NCBI GenBank assembly: GCA_041687695.1
Contig: JAWLBL010000027.1
Coordinates: 1 to 64,000 of the forward strand
Direction of reading: 5' to 3'
Length of the DNA stretch: 64,000 nt
DNA from: Myxococcota bacterium
Lineage (GTDB): Bacteria > Myxococcota_A > UBA9042 > PHBI01 > JAWLBL01
Each line of letters starts with the position of its first letter. Position 1 is the first letter of the stretch. Positions 9,655-19,320 of the stretch are shown one piece after another. A model generated the notes under the pieces. That model made no database searches. It saw only the letters and a list, made by a program, of their open reading frames with translations, and was not told the origin of the DNA. Both the position numbers and the translations under genes were made by a program.

Positions 9655-11820
9655 ATGGGAGCTTCGCGACAGCGCATACTGATCGTCCAGCGCGACCGCA
9701 CCGCGGCGGGCGCGTTCGCCTATCAGCTGCGCCAGGCCGGGCTGGCCGCCGTGGCGGTCGAGACGCTCGAGGAGGCGCTGGACGCGCTGGCGCTGGGGAC
9801 GCCGGACGCCGTGGTGGCGGACCTGGAGGCGCGCGAGGACGAGGGGACGGACGGCTTGACGTTGGCCCGGGCGATGGTCGGTGTGCCGACGCGGCTGCTG
9901 CTGGTCGCGGAGCGCGCCCCGACGCGCGAGCAGGAGCTGGCCGTGCTACGCCTCGGCGCGAGCGAGCTGGCCGTGCGGGCCCCCGGCGCCGAGGACGTCG
10001 CGCGGCTCGTCGAGCGGATGCCGGCGCGGCCGCTGGGGGCGTGCGACGAGGAAGGCCCGGCCGAGGGCGACCTGGCGGCGTGGTCCGTCGAGCGGCTGCT
10101 GGCCGTGGCCGAGCGGCATCGGCTGGACGCCCGGCTGGAGGTCGCGTCGGAGGAGTCCTCGTGGACGCTGGGGGTACGCGACGGGCGGGTGGTGCAGGCG
10201 CACGGTGGCGAGGCCCAGGGGGCCGCCGCGGCGATCGGGGCCCTGCGGGTGACGGCCGGCGCTTGGCGGCTGGAGCTGATCGACGCGGAGGCGGCGGCGC
10301 GGCTGGGGCCCGACGTGATCCGGCGGTCGCTGGAGCAGCTGGCTTCGGGGTCCGTCGAGGCCGACGACGAGCTGGCCGACGGGAGCTCGAGCCCGGGCCA
10401 GCGCCGGGGGACGGATCCGGGCGGGTTCAAGCTGGGGCCGCGGAGCGTGAGGGCGCGCGTGCAGACGGATCCGGGTGACGCGCGGCGGATTCGGCGCCAG
10501 GTCGGGATCCCCGTGCCGACCGAGTGGGCCCGCGCGGCGAGCGCCGAGGTGAAGGCGACGGGCAGCGGGCGGAAGTCACCCGAGCGGCCCGAGGCGACGG
10601 AGCAGACGTCGGGGCGCTTGGAGCCGGCCAGGGAGGGCGTGCGGGGCGTGCGAGACGAAGTCGACGCGCCGACGGTACCGGACGGGGCGCTCTGGGCCGC
10701 GTCCGAGGACGCGACGGAGACCGAGACGCCGGCTGGGCGCCGCCAGGCGATGCGGGCGACCGGGGCGTCGACGCGGCCCGGGCGGGCGCGGCTGATTCGG
10801 GTCGGAGCGCCGGGGGCGAGGCGCGAGGCGGCGGAAGCGCTCGAGGCGCAGCGGCCGGAGCCGCCGGCCGAGACACCCCGGATCGAAGCGCCGCCGGTGG
10901 CCGTCGCGCCGCGGCCGGCGGGCGTGGAGGCCGAGCCGGTCGTGGACGCGACGCCGTCGATCGATCTGACCCCGGCCGATGGGGCGCCGCGGCGGCGGCT
11001 GCTGACGCGCGCCCGGCTGAGCGCGTGGGAGACGGGCGACGGGAAGCTAGAGGTTCCTCAGGACGCGATCGCGGCGGCGGCCGACGCCGAGGGCGAGAGC
11101 CGCCGGGCGGCCGAGGCGGCGGCCGAGGCGGTGCCGGAGCCGGTCGCGGCGCTGGTCGAGGCGCCGAGCGCGCTGCCGACGGAGCCGGAGGTCGAGGCCG
11201 CGCTGCAGGCGGAGCCCGAGCCCCGGGCGGAGGTCGAGCCGAGGGAGGCGCCCGAGCGGCCGGTGCCCATGGCGGCCGTGCGACGGACGCGCGGTGGCGG
11301 GCGGGCGCCGGGCGGAGCGGGATGGAAGGTGGCGGTGGCGGCGCTGGCGGCCCTGCAGATCGGGTTGGGCGCTGCGCTGGCGTGGTGGGTGACGAGCGGG
11401 GGCGCAGGTGGTGAGGCGGCCGTGACGGGGTCGGCGGGCGAGGCGGCGGCGGAGGTCGTGACGGCGTGTCAGCGGGTGGCGCGCCACGAGGACGGCTTGG
11501 CGTGGACGGCCTGGGAGGCGCTGGCGCGGGAGTGCCTGGCGACCGAGCCGGCCAACCCGGTGGCGCTGGCGCGGCTGGGGGTGGCCCTGTACGAGCAGGA
11601 CAGGCTCGCGGAGGCCGGGGCGGCGCTGGAGGCGCTGCGGGCGGCGGCGCCGGGAGAGGCGGAGCTGGAGTTGCGCCTGGGTTTCGTGCGGCTGGCGGCG
11701 GGCGAGCGGGTGGAGGCGCGCGAGGCCTTCGAGGCGTTCGTGGCGAGGGCGCCGGCGGACGATGGGTTGCGGGCGCGACTGGCGGAGCACGCGCGGGCGG
11801 GGGCCGCGGGCGCTCGGTGA
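9655..11820 (+). CDS. Degenerate receiver domain + DUF4388-like domain + long Pro/Ala/Glu linker + TM + TPR protein
   Basis: RILIV..PDAVVADL receiver-like N-terminus, EGDLAAWSVERLL..GVRDGRVVQA, hydrophobic segment, C-terminal TPR motifs; GGAGG RBS. Confidence 0.65.
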   Translation: MGASRQRILIVQRDRTAAGAFAYQLRQAGLAAVAVETLEEALDALALGTPDAVVADLEAREDEGTDGLTLARAMVGVPTRLLLVAERAPTREQELAVLRLGASELAVRAPGAEDVARLVERMPARPLGACDEEGPAEGDLAAWSVERLLAVAERHRLDARLEVASEESSWTLGVRDGRVVQAHGGEAQGAAAAIGALRVTAGAWRLELIDAEAAARLGPDVIRRSLEQLASGSVEADDELADGSSSPGQRRGTDPGGFKLGPRSVRARVQTDPGDARRIRRQVGIPVPTEWARAASAEVKATGSGRKSPERPEATEQTSGRLEPAREGVRGVRDEVDAPTVPDGALWAASEDATETETPAGRRQAMRATGASTRPGRARLIRVGAPGARREAAEALEAQRPEPPAETPRIEAPPVAVAPRPAGVEAEPVVDATPSIDLTPADGAPRRRLLTRARLSAWETGDGKLEVPQDAIAAAADAEGESRRAAEAAAEAVPEPVAALVEAPSALPTEPEVEAALQAEPEPRAEVEPREAPERPVPMAAVRRTRGGGRAPGGAGWKVAVAALAALQIGLGAALAWWVTSGGAGGEAAVTGSAGEAAAEVVTACQRVARHEDGLAWTAWEALARECLATEPANPVALARLGVALYEQDRLAEAGAALEALRAAAPGEAELELRLGFVRLAAGERVEAREAFEAFVARAPADDGLRARLAEHARAGAAGAR

Positions 11821-12887
11821 CGGGGTCGACGCGGGGTCGGATCGTGCTGGCCGTCGAGTCGTCGTGCGACGAGACGGCGGCGGCGGTGGTCGTCGGGGCG
11901 GGCGACGGGGCGTGGGTGCGATCGAGCGTGATCGCGAGTCAGGTCCCGATCCACGCGCGCTACGGCGGGGTCGTGCCCGAGCTGGCGTCGCGTAGCCATC
12001 TGACGGCGGTGCGGCCCGTCGTCGAGCAGGCGCTGGCCGACGCGGGCGTGACGCTGCAGGGGATCGACGCGGTGGCCGTGACGGCCGGGCCGGGGCTGGC
12101 CGGGTGCCTGCTGGTGGGGCTCCAGGCGGCCAAGGCGCTGGCGTGGGCGCGGGACCTGCCGATCGTGCCGGTGGATCACATCGAGGCGCACGTCCATGCG
12201 GTCTTCTTGCGGGACGAGGGCGGCGCGGGCGAGGACCCGCCCGAGCACCCGTACATCGCGTTGGCGGTGAGCGGCGGGCACACGAGCGTCTATCGGGTCG
12301 AGGCGCCCGGGCGGTCGGTGGTGCTGGGGCAGACCATCGACGACGCGGCGGGCGAGGCCTTCGACAAGGTGGCCAAGATGATGGGCCTGCCCTACCCCGG
12401 CGGCGCGGTCATCGATCGGATGGCGCGGCGGGGGCGGGCCGAGGCGGTGGAGCTGCCCCGGCCGATGCTGGGGCGTGGCCTGGACTTCTCGTTCTCGGGG
12501 TTGAAGACGGCGGCGCGCTATTGGATGGAGCGGCATCCCGAGGCGGTCCAGGGCGAGAGCGAGGCGGCCTGCGATCTGGCGGCGGGCTTTCAGGAGGCGG
12601 TCGTCGACGTGCTGGTGGACAAGGCGCTCGCGGCGTGCCGGGCGGAGGGCGTGCCGCGGATCGTGGTGGCGGGCGGGGTGGCCTGCAACTCGAGGCTGCG
12701 CGAGCGGATGGTGGCCGAGGCCGGGCGGGTGGGCGTGCGCGCGTGGATCGCGCCGGCGCGGTACTGCACCGACAACGCGGCGATGGTCGGCGGCCTGGCG
12801 GCGGCGTTGCTGGAGCGGGGCGCCGGGGTGCGGGGCGAGGCGCGGGCGCGGCTGGACATCTATACGACGCGACGCCCGAGCACGTGA
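11817..12887 (+). CDS. tsaD: tRNA N6-threonylcarbamoyltransferase TsaD
   Basis: LAVESSCDETAAAVV, GGVVPELASRSH, HIEAH, SGGHT, DDAAGEAFDKVA, CTDNAAM. Confidence 0.97.
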   Translation: MTGSTRGRIVLAVESSCDETAAAVVVGAGDGAWVRSSVIASQVPIHARYGGVVPELASRSHLTAVRPVVEQALADAGVTLQGIDAVAVTAGPGLAGCLLVGLQAAKALAWARDLPIVPVDHIEAHVHAVFLRDEGGAGEDPPEHPYIALAVSGGHTSVYRVEAPGRSVVLGQTIDDAAGEAFDKVAKMMGLPYPGGAVIDRMARRGRAEAVELPRPMLGRGLDFSFSGLKTAARYWMERHPEAVQGESEAACDLAAGFQEAVVDVLVDKALAACRAEGVPRIVVAGGVACNSRLRERMVAEAGRVGVRAWIAPARYCTDNAAMVGGLAAALLERGAGVRGEARARLDIYTTRRPST

Positions 12888-12925
12888 GCGGCGGCGGGTG
12901 GGCGCAGGGAAGGGACGGAGGCGGG

Positions 12926-13699
12926 ATGAGGCCGGACAAGCGGCTGGGGCAGCATTTTCTGCGGGACATCGAGGTCCTACAGGACATCGCGGCGATCGCG
13001 GACGTGGCGCACTCGGCGGGGGCGCTGGAGATCGGGCCGGGCGAGGGGGCGCTGACGGCGTTCCTGGCGCAGTCGGGCAAGCCGATCGTGGCCATCGACA
13101 AGGACGCGCGGGCGGTCGAGGCCGTGGGGCGCCGGTTCGGGGACGCCGTGCGGGTCGTCGAGGGCGACGCGCTGGAGGTGGATCTGGCGGCGCTGCTACC
13201 GCCGCCGCGGGACGGCCGGCTGGCGGTGGTCGTGGGCAACCTGCCGTACAACGTGGGGAGCGCGATCTTCCGGCGGCTGCTGGGGCTGCGCGGGCAGGTC
13301 GAGCGGCTGGTGGTGATGCTGCAGCGCGAGGTGGCCGACCGGATCACGGCGGGGCCGGGGTCGCGCGCCTATGGGCTGATGAGCGTGACGACGGCCCTGA
13401 CGGCGAAGGCGTGGCTGGTGCGCGAGGTGCCGCCGGAGGCGTTCTTCCCGCCGCCCAAGGTGGACTCGGCGGTGGTGCTGGTCGAGTTCCCGGGGGAGCC
13501 CGCCGTGGCCGGCGAGGAGGCGGCCGGGTTCGAGCGGTTCGTGGGGCGGCTGTTCCAGGCGCGGCGGAAGGTGCTGGCGAACGCGCTGGGGGACAGGGCG
13601 CTGCCCGAGGAGCTGGGGCTGGATCCGCGGTGCCGCCCGGAGGAGATCGGGCCCGAGACGCTGCTGGCGCTGTATCGGGCTATCGAATCGCCCAGGTGA
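12926..13699 (+). CDS. rsmA: 16S rRNA m6,2A dimethyltransferase
   Basis: KRLGQHFL, EIGPGEGALT, VGNLPYN, MLQREVADR, FFPPPKVDSAV. Confidence 0.95.
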   Translation: MRPDKRLGQHFLRDIEVLQDIAAIADVAHSAGALEIGPGEGALTAFLAQSGKPIVAIDKDARAVEAVGRRFGDAVRVVEGDALEVDLAALLPPPRDGRLAVVVGNLPYNVGSAIFRRLLGLRGQVERLVVMLQREVADRITAGPGSRAYGLMSVTTALTAKAWLVREVPPEAFFPPPKVDSAVVLVEFPGEPAVAGEEAAGFERFVGRLFQARRKVLANALGDRALPEELGLDPRCRPEEIGPETLLALYRAIESPR

Positions 13700-14120
13700 C
13701 CAGGAGCGGCTGGCGGTCGCGGACGATGTGGACCGAGAGGTGGCTCGCGTCGCGGAGCGACTCCCAGACCTTCATGAACTGGTCGGGGCGCTCGATGGGC
13801 GAGCCGTTGACGCGCTGGACGATGTCGCCGGGCTTGAGGACGCGGTCCTCGTAGTCCGGCGCGTCGGGGAACAGGGCCAGCAGCATGTAGCCGTAGAAGG
13901 CGCCGCCCGCGACGATCGGCTTGACCGCGACCTGCTGGACGAACCAGCTCGGGCCGCGCGCGAGGGCGCGCTCGAGGCTGGCGCGCGGGATGACGAAGTC
14001 GTCGGGCGTGGCCTCGGCTTCGACGAGGCGGACCCGGCCGCGGTGGGCGTCGGAGGAGGTGCCGCAGGCGGCGAGGGCCACCACGGCGGCGAGCAGCAGC
14101 GCGAGGACGAGGCGAGACAT
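13680..14120 (-). CDS. PDZ-like domain lipoprotein (GspC C-terminal-like)
   Basis: Lipobox LAAC; LKPGDIVQRVNGSPI PDZ signature. Confidence 0.7.
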   Translation of the reverse strand: MSRLVLALLLAAVVALAACGTSSDAHRGRVRLVEAEATPDDFVIPRASLERALARGPSWFVQQVAVKPIVAGGAFYGYMLLALFPDAPDYEDRVLKPGDIVQRVNGSPIERPDQFMKVWESLRDASHLSVHIVRDRQPLLVTWAIR

Positions 14121-14192
14121 GCCGGCGATGGTGCCCCGGACCGGCGGCACGTCAACTTCTGCGAGCGATGAGGCGCAGGCGGCGCCGGAGCG

Positions 14193-14522
14193 TCACTCGG
14201 GGGCGTCCACGGCGTTGCAGAAGGGGTGGGAGCCGAAGTCACGCACGCAGACGTAGCCCTCGCGGCAGTCGCCGTTGCTGGCGCAGCTGGCCATGCAGAA
14301 GGACAGGTCCGGGCGGAACTCGATGCAGACGCTGTCGTCGGGGCAGCTCTCGAGGTCGCAGTCGCGGGTGGTGCAGTACCCGTCGGGCAGCGAGGTCTCG
14401 CAGACGAGGTTCTGCCCGCAGTCGGTCGAGTTCTCGCAGGCGTCTCCGACGACCGCGCCACAGGCAGCGGCGAGCGACGCGAGGGCGAGCACGACCAGGG
14501 CGACGAGGGGGGTGGGCTTCAT
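14193..14522 (-). CDS. Small Cys-rich lipoprotein
   Basis: Signal peptide ending AAAC; VGDAC..DC..C..GYCT..C..CP pattern typical of myxobacterial Cys-rich lipoproteins. Confidence 0.75.
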   Translation of the reverse strand: MKPTPLVALVVLALASLAAACGAVVGDACENSTDCGQNLVCETSLPDGYCTTRDCDLESCPDDSVCIEFRPDLSFCMASCASNGDCREGYVCVRDFGSHPFCNAVDAPE

Positions 14523-14595
14523 CGGGGCGGAACCTATCACGTGGGGCGGGCGGCCCCCAAGCACTCAGGCGCGCGGAGACGGCGCGTCGAGACGT

Positions 14596-15660
14596 TCAGA
14601 GCGCCTCGGGTTGGAGGAGCTCGAGGGCCTTGGGGTGCATCGCGACCTGGTGCTCCTGGAGCAGCCTCTTCATGGCGTCGAGGAACCAGGCCTGGCGCAC
14701 GCCTTCGAGGGCGTTGCGGCGGATGTCGGCGTCGACCTCGGGATCGTCGGGGCCCTTGCGGACGCGCGGCTCGTGGGCGAGCTTGACGATGAGGTGCCAG
14801 CCGAAGGTGGACTGGACCGGGGCGAGGAGGACGCCCTCTTCGCCGTCGATGACGGCGCGAGCGACGGCCTCGGCGGTCAGCTCGTAGCCGCGCTGTTCGG
14901 CGTGCGATTTTTCGGGATCGTAGAAGAAGGAGACCTCGCGCCAGAAGAGCTCGGGCATGGTGGGCTCGACCTTCGCGCGGTAGCGGGCGAGGAGCTGGGC
15001 GACGGCCTCGGGGTCACTTTCGAGGGGGCGGGCGAGGGGCTCGAGCTCCTCGTAGGCGGCGTGGAGCTTGCGGGCCGCGTCCTCGAAGCAGGCGGCGACG
15101 TGGGGGCGGTCGCAGTCGCCGACGCGCGGGTTGCAGCAGACGATGGCGAGGTGGACCATCCGCCAGGCGTGCTCGTGGTCGTAGAGCTTGCGGATCGAGG
15201 GCACCGAGTAGATGCGGCGGACCTGCTCGCGGGAGATGCGGTCGGGGCCGTGCTGGGCCTCGAAGCGCTCGTCGAGCCAGGCCTGGACCAGGGCCTGCCG
15301 CCAGGACTCGGTGACGTCGGGGCGCTGCGAGAGGCCCTGGCGCATGGCCTGCTGGGCGAGGGCCTCGCGGATGACGAGCGCGTCGAGGGCCTGGCGGGGA
15401 GAGATTTCGGGGTGCGCGGCGAGGTGGGCGTCGAGGGCGGCGCGCGTGATCGGGACGTCCCCGACGCGGGCGACCAGGGCGCCGGCCGGCGAGGGCGGGC
15501 TCCAGGTGGGGTCGGCGAAGTCGTCGAGGGACGGTGGGCGCAGCTCGGAGGCGGCGACCGACGGGGCCGAGGACGGCGGGGCGGCGGCGTCGCAGGCGGA
15601 GGCGCAGGCGAGGCCGAGGGCCAGCGGCGCGAGGGCGAGGCGGACCAGCAGGCGCGGCAT
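14596..15660 (-). CDS. PpiC/SurA-like peptidyl-prolyl isomerase (exported)
   Basis: LVARVGDVPIT N-domain, ALDALVIREALAQQA, PVQSTFGWHLIV rotamase motif. Confidence 0.75.
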   Translation of the reverse strand: MPRLLVRLALAPLALGLACASACDAAAPPSSAPSVAASELRPPSLDDFADPTWSPPSPAGALVARVGDVPITRAALDAHLAAHPEISPRQALDALVIREALAQQAMRQGLSQRPDVTESWRQALVQAWLDERFEAQHGPDRISREQVRRIYSVPSIRKLYDHEHAWRMVHLAIVCCNPRVGDCDRPHVAACFEDAARKLHAAYEELEPLARPLESDPEAVAQLLARYRAKVEPTMPELFWREVSFFYDPEKSHAEQRGYELTAEAVARAVIDGEEGVLLAPVQSTFGWHLIVKLAHEPRVRKGPDDPEVDADIRRNALEGVRQAWFLDAMKRLLQEHQVAMHPKALELLQPEAL

Positions 15661-15857
15661 CAGGGGCGGGCCTGCTGGACGACGGAGAGGCGGGCGAGCT
15701 CGACGGCCGCGCGGATGGTCGAGTAGCCGACGAAGACGTGCAGGCAGCCCGCGATGTAGTCGCGGCCGGCGAGGAGGTCGCCGCTCTGCTTGAAGAACCA
15801 GAGGCTGAAGGCGAGCAGCAGGGCGGCGAGCGCCAGCAGGAGCAGACTCTTGAGCAT
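15660..15857 (-). CDS. Small membrane protein, hypothetical
   Basis: 65 aa, two hydrophobic helices, GGAGG RBS, stop overlaps the next start. Confidence 0.6.
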   Translation of the reverse strand: MLKSLLLLALAALLLAFSLWFFKQSGDLLAGRDYIAGCLHVFVGYSTIRAAVELARLSVVQQARP

Positions 15858-15946
15858 CCGGGCGGGTCCCTCCGAGTGGATGGAGCGCGTCGCGGCGCGC
15901 GGCGGGCGCGCCGGCGGGGAGCATAACGCAAGCGGCGCGAGGTCGG

Positions 15947-16663
15947 TCAACGCAGGTACCAGATGGCGCCGACGATGGCGCCGATGAAGGCGAGGAAGAC
16001 GGCCCACCACAGGTCGGTCCAGCGGGTGCGGGGCGGGTGCTCGAGGGCGGTGGCGAGGCGGGCGCGGGTGTCGCGCTCGAGCAGGACGTCGCCCCAGGCG
16101 CCGACGATGAGGCGGCCGACGGAGAGCCAGACCATGGTGACGCCGACCAGGAGGGTGAGGCTTGCGGCGAGGGGGTCGTCGGAGGCGGCCGGGAGGGCGC
16201 TGAGGGTGAAGGCGGCGTAGATGCCGAGGGACATGAGGAGGGCCACGGCGGGCAGCAGGGGCTCGAGGCCGCGGCGGGGCGGGGCGCCGGGGGAGGCCGG
16301 GGGCGCGGGGACGGAGGCGGACCCGGGGGCCGTGGGCCAGAGGGTGACGGCGACCCAGGCGGCCGCGACGGCGACGACGGCGCTGAGGGTGGCGAGGCCG
16401 GTCGCGCCGCCGTAGACGAGGGGGCCGCTGAGGCCGGGGTCGAGGACGAGGGCGGGGAGGTGCGAGACCGGGAAGGCCCAGAGCGCGAGGGCCGGGCGGG
16501 GGCGCCAGGCGGCGGCGAGGAGGGCCAGGACCGGCAGGGCCAGGGCGGCGGCCAGCGGCGGGGTGAGGGTGCCGCCCGACCAGCGGACGAGGTGGAGCGC
16601 CGGGAGCCACAGGAGGAGGGCGGTGAGGGTGGCTCCGACGAGGAGCATGAGGAGGCTTCGCAC
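15947..16663 (-). CDS. Multi-pass membrane protein, hypothetical
   Basis: Several hydrophobic segments; co-oriented with neighbours. Confidence 0.6.
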   Translation of the reverse strand: MRSLLMLLVGATLTALLLWLPALHLVRWSGGTLTPPLAAALALPVLALLAAAWRPRPALALWAFPVSHLPALVLDPGLSGPLVYGGATGLATLSAVVAVAAAWVAVTLWPTAPGSASVPAPPASPGAPPRRGLEPLLPAVALLMSLGIYAAFTLSALPAASDDPLAASLTLLVGVTMVWLSVGRLIVGAWGDVLLERDTRARLATALEHPPRTRWTDLWWAVFLAFIGAIVGAIWYLR

Positions 16664-16874
16664 GGGCGCAGGGTAACAGAGGGAGGGCGGGGGGAGTAGG
16701 GAGGCGCCGGGTCGGGTCGGGGCGAGGGATGACGCGTGCGCGGGGGGACGGCGGCGTTGACGCGGCGCGTCTTGGACCGGGTCCTTCCGTGTGTTATGGG
16801 GGCGGCCTACCGTCGGCCTCAGCGTGCGGGGTCGTTGGGTGTAGGTGGCCCCGATCCGCGTCCGTGAACGAGCA

Positions 16875-19100
16875 ATGGAAAGCGCGATGGCGAAGATGAT
16901 GCAGATGTGGTCGGGGCTGAGCGCCGCGGACTTGCGGCAGGCCTATGAGGTCGCGCTGGCGACGCGCGCGTCCATCCTGACCGCGATGACGATGAAGTCG
17001 CGCGGCGAGGGGGTGGAGTTCTGGATCGGCGGCCCGGGCGAGGAGGTGCACGGGACGGCGACGGCGCTGGCGCTGCATCGGGTGGTGCGGCCGGACGACG
17101 GGGTGCCCGGGGACCTGGCGCTGTTCTGTCACTACCGCAGCGACGCGCTGGCGGGGATGACGGCGCGGCTGCGGGGGCGGACCGACTTCGTGCGGGGGTA
17201 CTTCCGGCAGGCGCTGTCGCGGGCGACCGACCCGCACTCGGGCGGGCGGCAGATGGTGATGCACCTGTGCTTGCCCGAGGTGGGGATCTGGCCGGTGCAG
17301 AGCCCGGTGGGCATGCAGCTGTCGAAGGCGGCGGGGTACGCGCGGGGGCTGCAGCTCAAGGGGGAGCGCGGGCTGGCGGTGGCCATCGTGGGCGACGGCA
17401 CCACCGGCGAGAGCGACTTCCACGAGCACGCGATGGCGGCGTCGCTGTGGAAGCTGCCGATGTTGACGATCATCACGGACAACCAGGTGGCGATCTCGGT
17501 GCGGCCCGAGGACGGGCGGGGCATCAAGAGCTGGAAGAAGTACGCCGAGGCGTTCGAGCTGGGGTACTTCGAGTGCGACGGGTCGGACTTCCTGGACACC
17601 TACCAGAAGACGGCGCAGGCGGCGCGGGCGGTGCTGGCCGAGGGGCGTAGCGCGTTCCTGGTGGCGCGGGTGCCGCGGCTGATGGGGCACTCGAGCTCGT
17701 CGGGTGGGCAGTTCGACTTCGACGTGCGGGATCCGCTGCTGGACTTCGGGGCGTGGCTGGGGGCCGAGAACGTGCTGCCGGCGGGCGCGGTGTTCCGGCG
17801 TGACGCGGTCGACAAGCGCAAGAGCTACTTCGAGATGCATCAGCTCGGGTCGCTGATGCAGCGATCGCTCGACGAGATCCGGGAGATCGTGGCGGAGGTG
17901 CGGCAGGAGCCGTCGCCGTCGCCCGAGGCCGGCGACGTGTGGCGCCACGCGCACCCGCCCTACCCCGAGGTGAGCGAGCCGGAGCGGCCGGAGAGCGGGA
18001 CGACCCGGGTGCAGTACAACGAGGCGCTCAACCTGGCGCTGGATCGCATCCTGGGCGAGGGCCGAGCGGCCATGTGGGGCCAGGACGTGGGCCACCGCGG
18101 GGGCATCTTCCAGGTGTCGGCGGGGCTCATCGACAAGTACCCGGACCGGGTCAAGGACGCGCCCATCAACGAGCCGATGATCCTGGGGACCGCCTGCGGG
18201 GCGGCCCTGCATCGGGATCTGGTGCTGTTGCCCGAGATCCAGTTCGGCGACTACACGCTCAACTGCCTGCACTGGATCGTCCACCTGGGCAACCTGTACT
18301 GGACGACCAACGGGCAGTCGCCGGCCAACCTGACGATGCGCACGCCGGTCGACCCCGTGCAGGGCGGCGCCGTGTACCACTCGATGAGCGTCGACGGGTT
18401 CTACGGGAACGTGCCGGGCATCGTGATGACGATGCCGTCGACGGCCTGGGACGCCTACGGCCTGCTGCGGACGGCGGCGGACTACGGCGGGCCCGTGCTG
18501 CAGCTCGAGCCCAAGCGCTTCTACCGCATGAAGCTGGGGCCACCGCTGCCGGGCGAGCCGACCGACGCGCGTGCCTTCCAGAATCTGAAGCGCAAGGGCC
18601 TGCCGCTGCCGATAGAGGACTATCGGGTCCCCTTCGGGAAGGCGGCGCAGCGGCGCGCGGGGCGAGATCTGACGGTCGTCGCGTGGGGCTGGGCCGTGTG
18701 GCAGGCGGTCGCGGCCGCCGACAAGCTGGCGAAGGATCGCGGGGTCGAGGTCGAGGTGCTCGATCTGCGCACGCTCGTGCCGTACGACCGCGAGGCCATC
18801 CTCGAGAGCGCCCGCCGGACCGGCAAGCTGCTCATCGCGCAGAACGATCGGATGTTCGCCGGCTTCGGGCGGCAGATCCAGGGCGACGTGGTCGAGAGCC
18901 TGCCCGGGGTCACGGTCCGCGTCATCGGCCAGCTCGACACCCCGGCCGTGGGCCAGGCGCGTGTCCTGGAAGACGCGATCACGCTGCAAGAGCAGGACGT
19001 GTACCGCGCCATGGACGAGATGATCGACCTGGCGCCGGCCGCGTGGCTCGAGAGCGAGCTGCACTGGCTCTCGCACGCACCGTCTCGAGCGCTCACCTGA
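16875..19100 (+). CDS. Fused alpha/beta 2-oxoacid dehydrogenase E1 (TPP-dependent; branched-chain/pyruvate type)
   Basis: GDG...TDN TPP motif, PRLMGHSSS, GQDVG..GGIF, DAPINE, PEIQFGDY, EVLDLRTLVPYD. Confidence 0.88.
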   Translation: MESAMAKMMQMWSGLSAADLRQAYEVALATRASILTAMTMKSRGEGVEFWIGGPGEEVHGTATALALHRVVRPDDGVPGDLALFCHYRSDALAGMTARLRGRTDFVRGYFRQALSRATDPHSGGRQMVMHLCLPEVGIWPVQSPVGMQLSKAAGYARGLQLKGERGLAVAIVGDGTTGESDFHEHAMAASLWKLPMLTIITDNQVAISVRPEDGRGIKSWKKYAEAFELGYFECDGSDFLDTYQKTAQAARAVLAEGRSAFLVARVPRLMGHSSSSGGQFDFDVRDPLLDFGAWLGAENVLPAGAVFRRDAVDKRKSYFEMHQLGSLMQRSLDEIREIVAEVRQEPSPSPEAGDVWRHAHPPYPEVSEPERPESGTTRVQYNEALNLALDRILGEGRAAMWGQDVGHRGGIFQVSAGLIDKYPDRVKDAPINEPMILGTACGAALHRDLVLLPEIQFGDYTLNCLHWIVHLGNLYWTTNGQSPANLTMRTPVDPVQGGAVYHSMSVDGFYGNVPGIVMTMPSTAWDAYGLLRTAADYGGPVLQLEPKRFYRMKLGPPLPGEPTDARAFQNLKRKGLPLPIEDYRVPFGKAAQRRAGRDLTVVAWGWAVWQAVAAADKLAKDRGVEVEVLDLRTLVPYDREAILESARRTGKLLIAQNDRMFAGFGRQIQGDVVESLPGVTVRVIGQLDTPAVGQARVLEDAITLQEQDVYRAMDEMIDLAPAAWLESELHWLSHAPSRALT

Positions 19101-19253
19101 GCGCAGGGGCGCTCGCGCCCCGCTGTCTCCGACGACGACGCCCGGTCGCGGGGCCCCTGAGGGGTCAGGCTGCCGGGCGTCGTCGTTCGAAGGTTGCGCT
19201 GGCGTCCGGGCTCGCCTCCCCTGCCCTCGCGCCGAACGCTACGGCGGCGGGCG

Positions 19254-19299
19254 TTCGAAACGACACGCCCCGGGCGGCGCGGCGGCGGCCCGGGGCGTG
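19254..19299 (-). terminator. Hairpin terminator with TTCGAA tail
   Basis: Stem CACGCCCCGGGC/GCCCGGGGCGTG (19264-19299). Confidence 0.65.
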
Positions 19300-19320
19300 G
19301 GTGACGAGCGGGCGGGCGGC

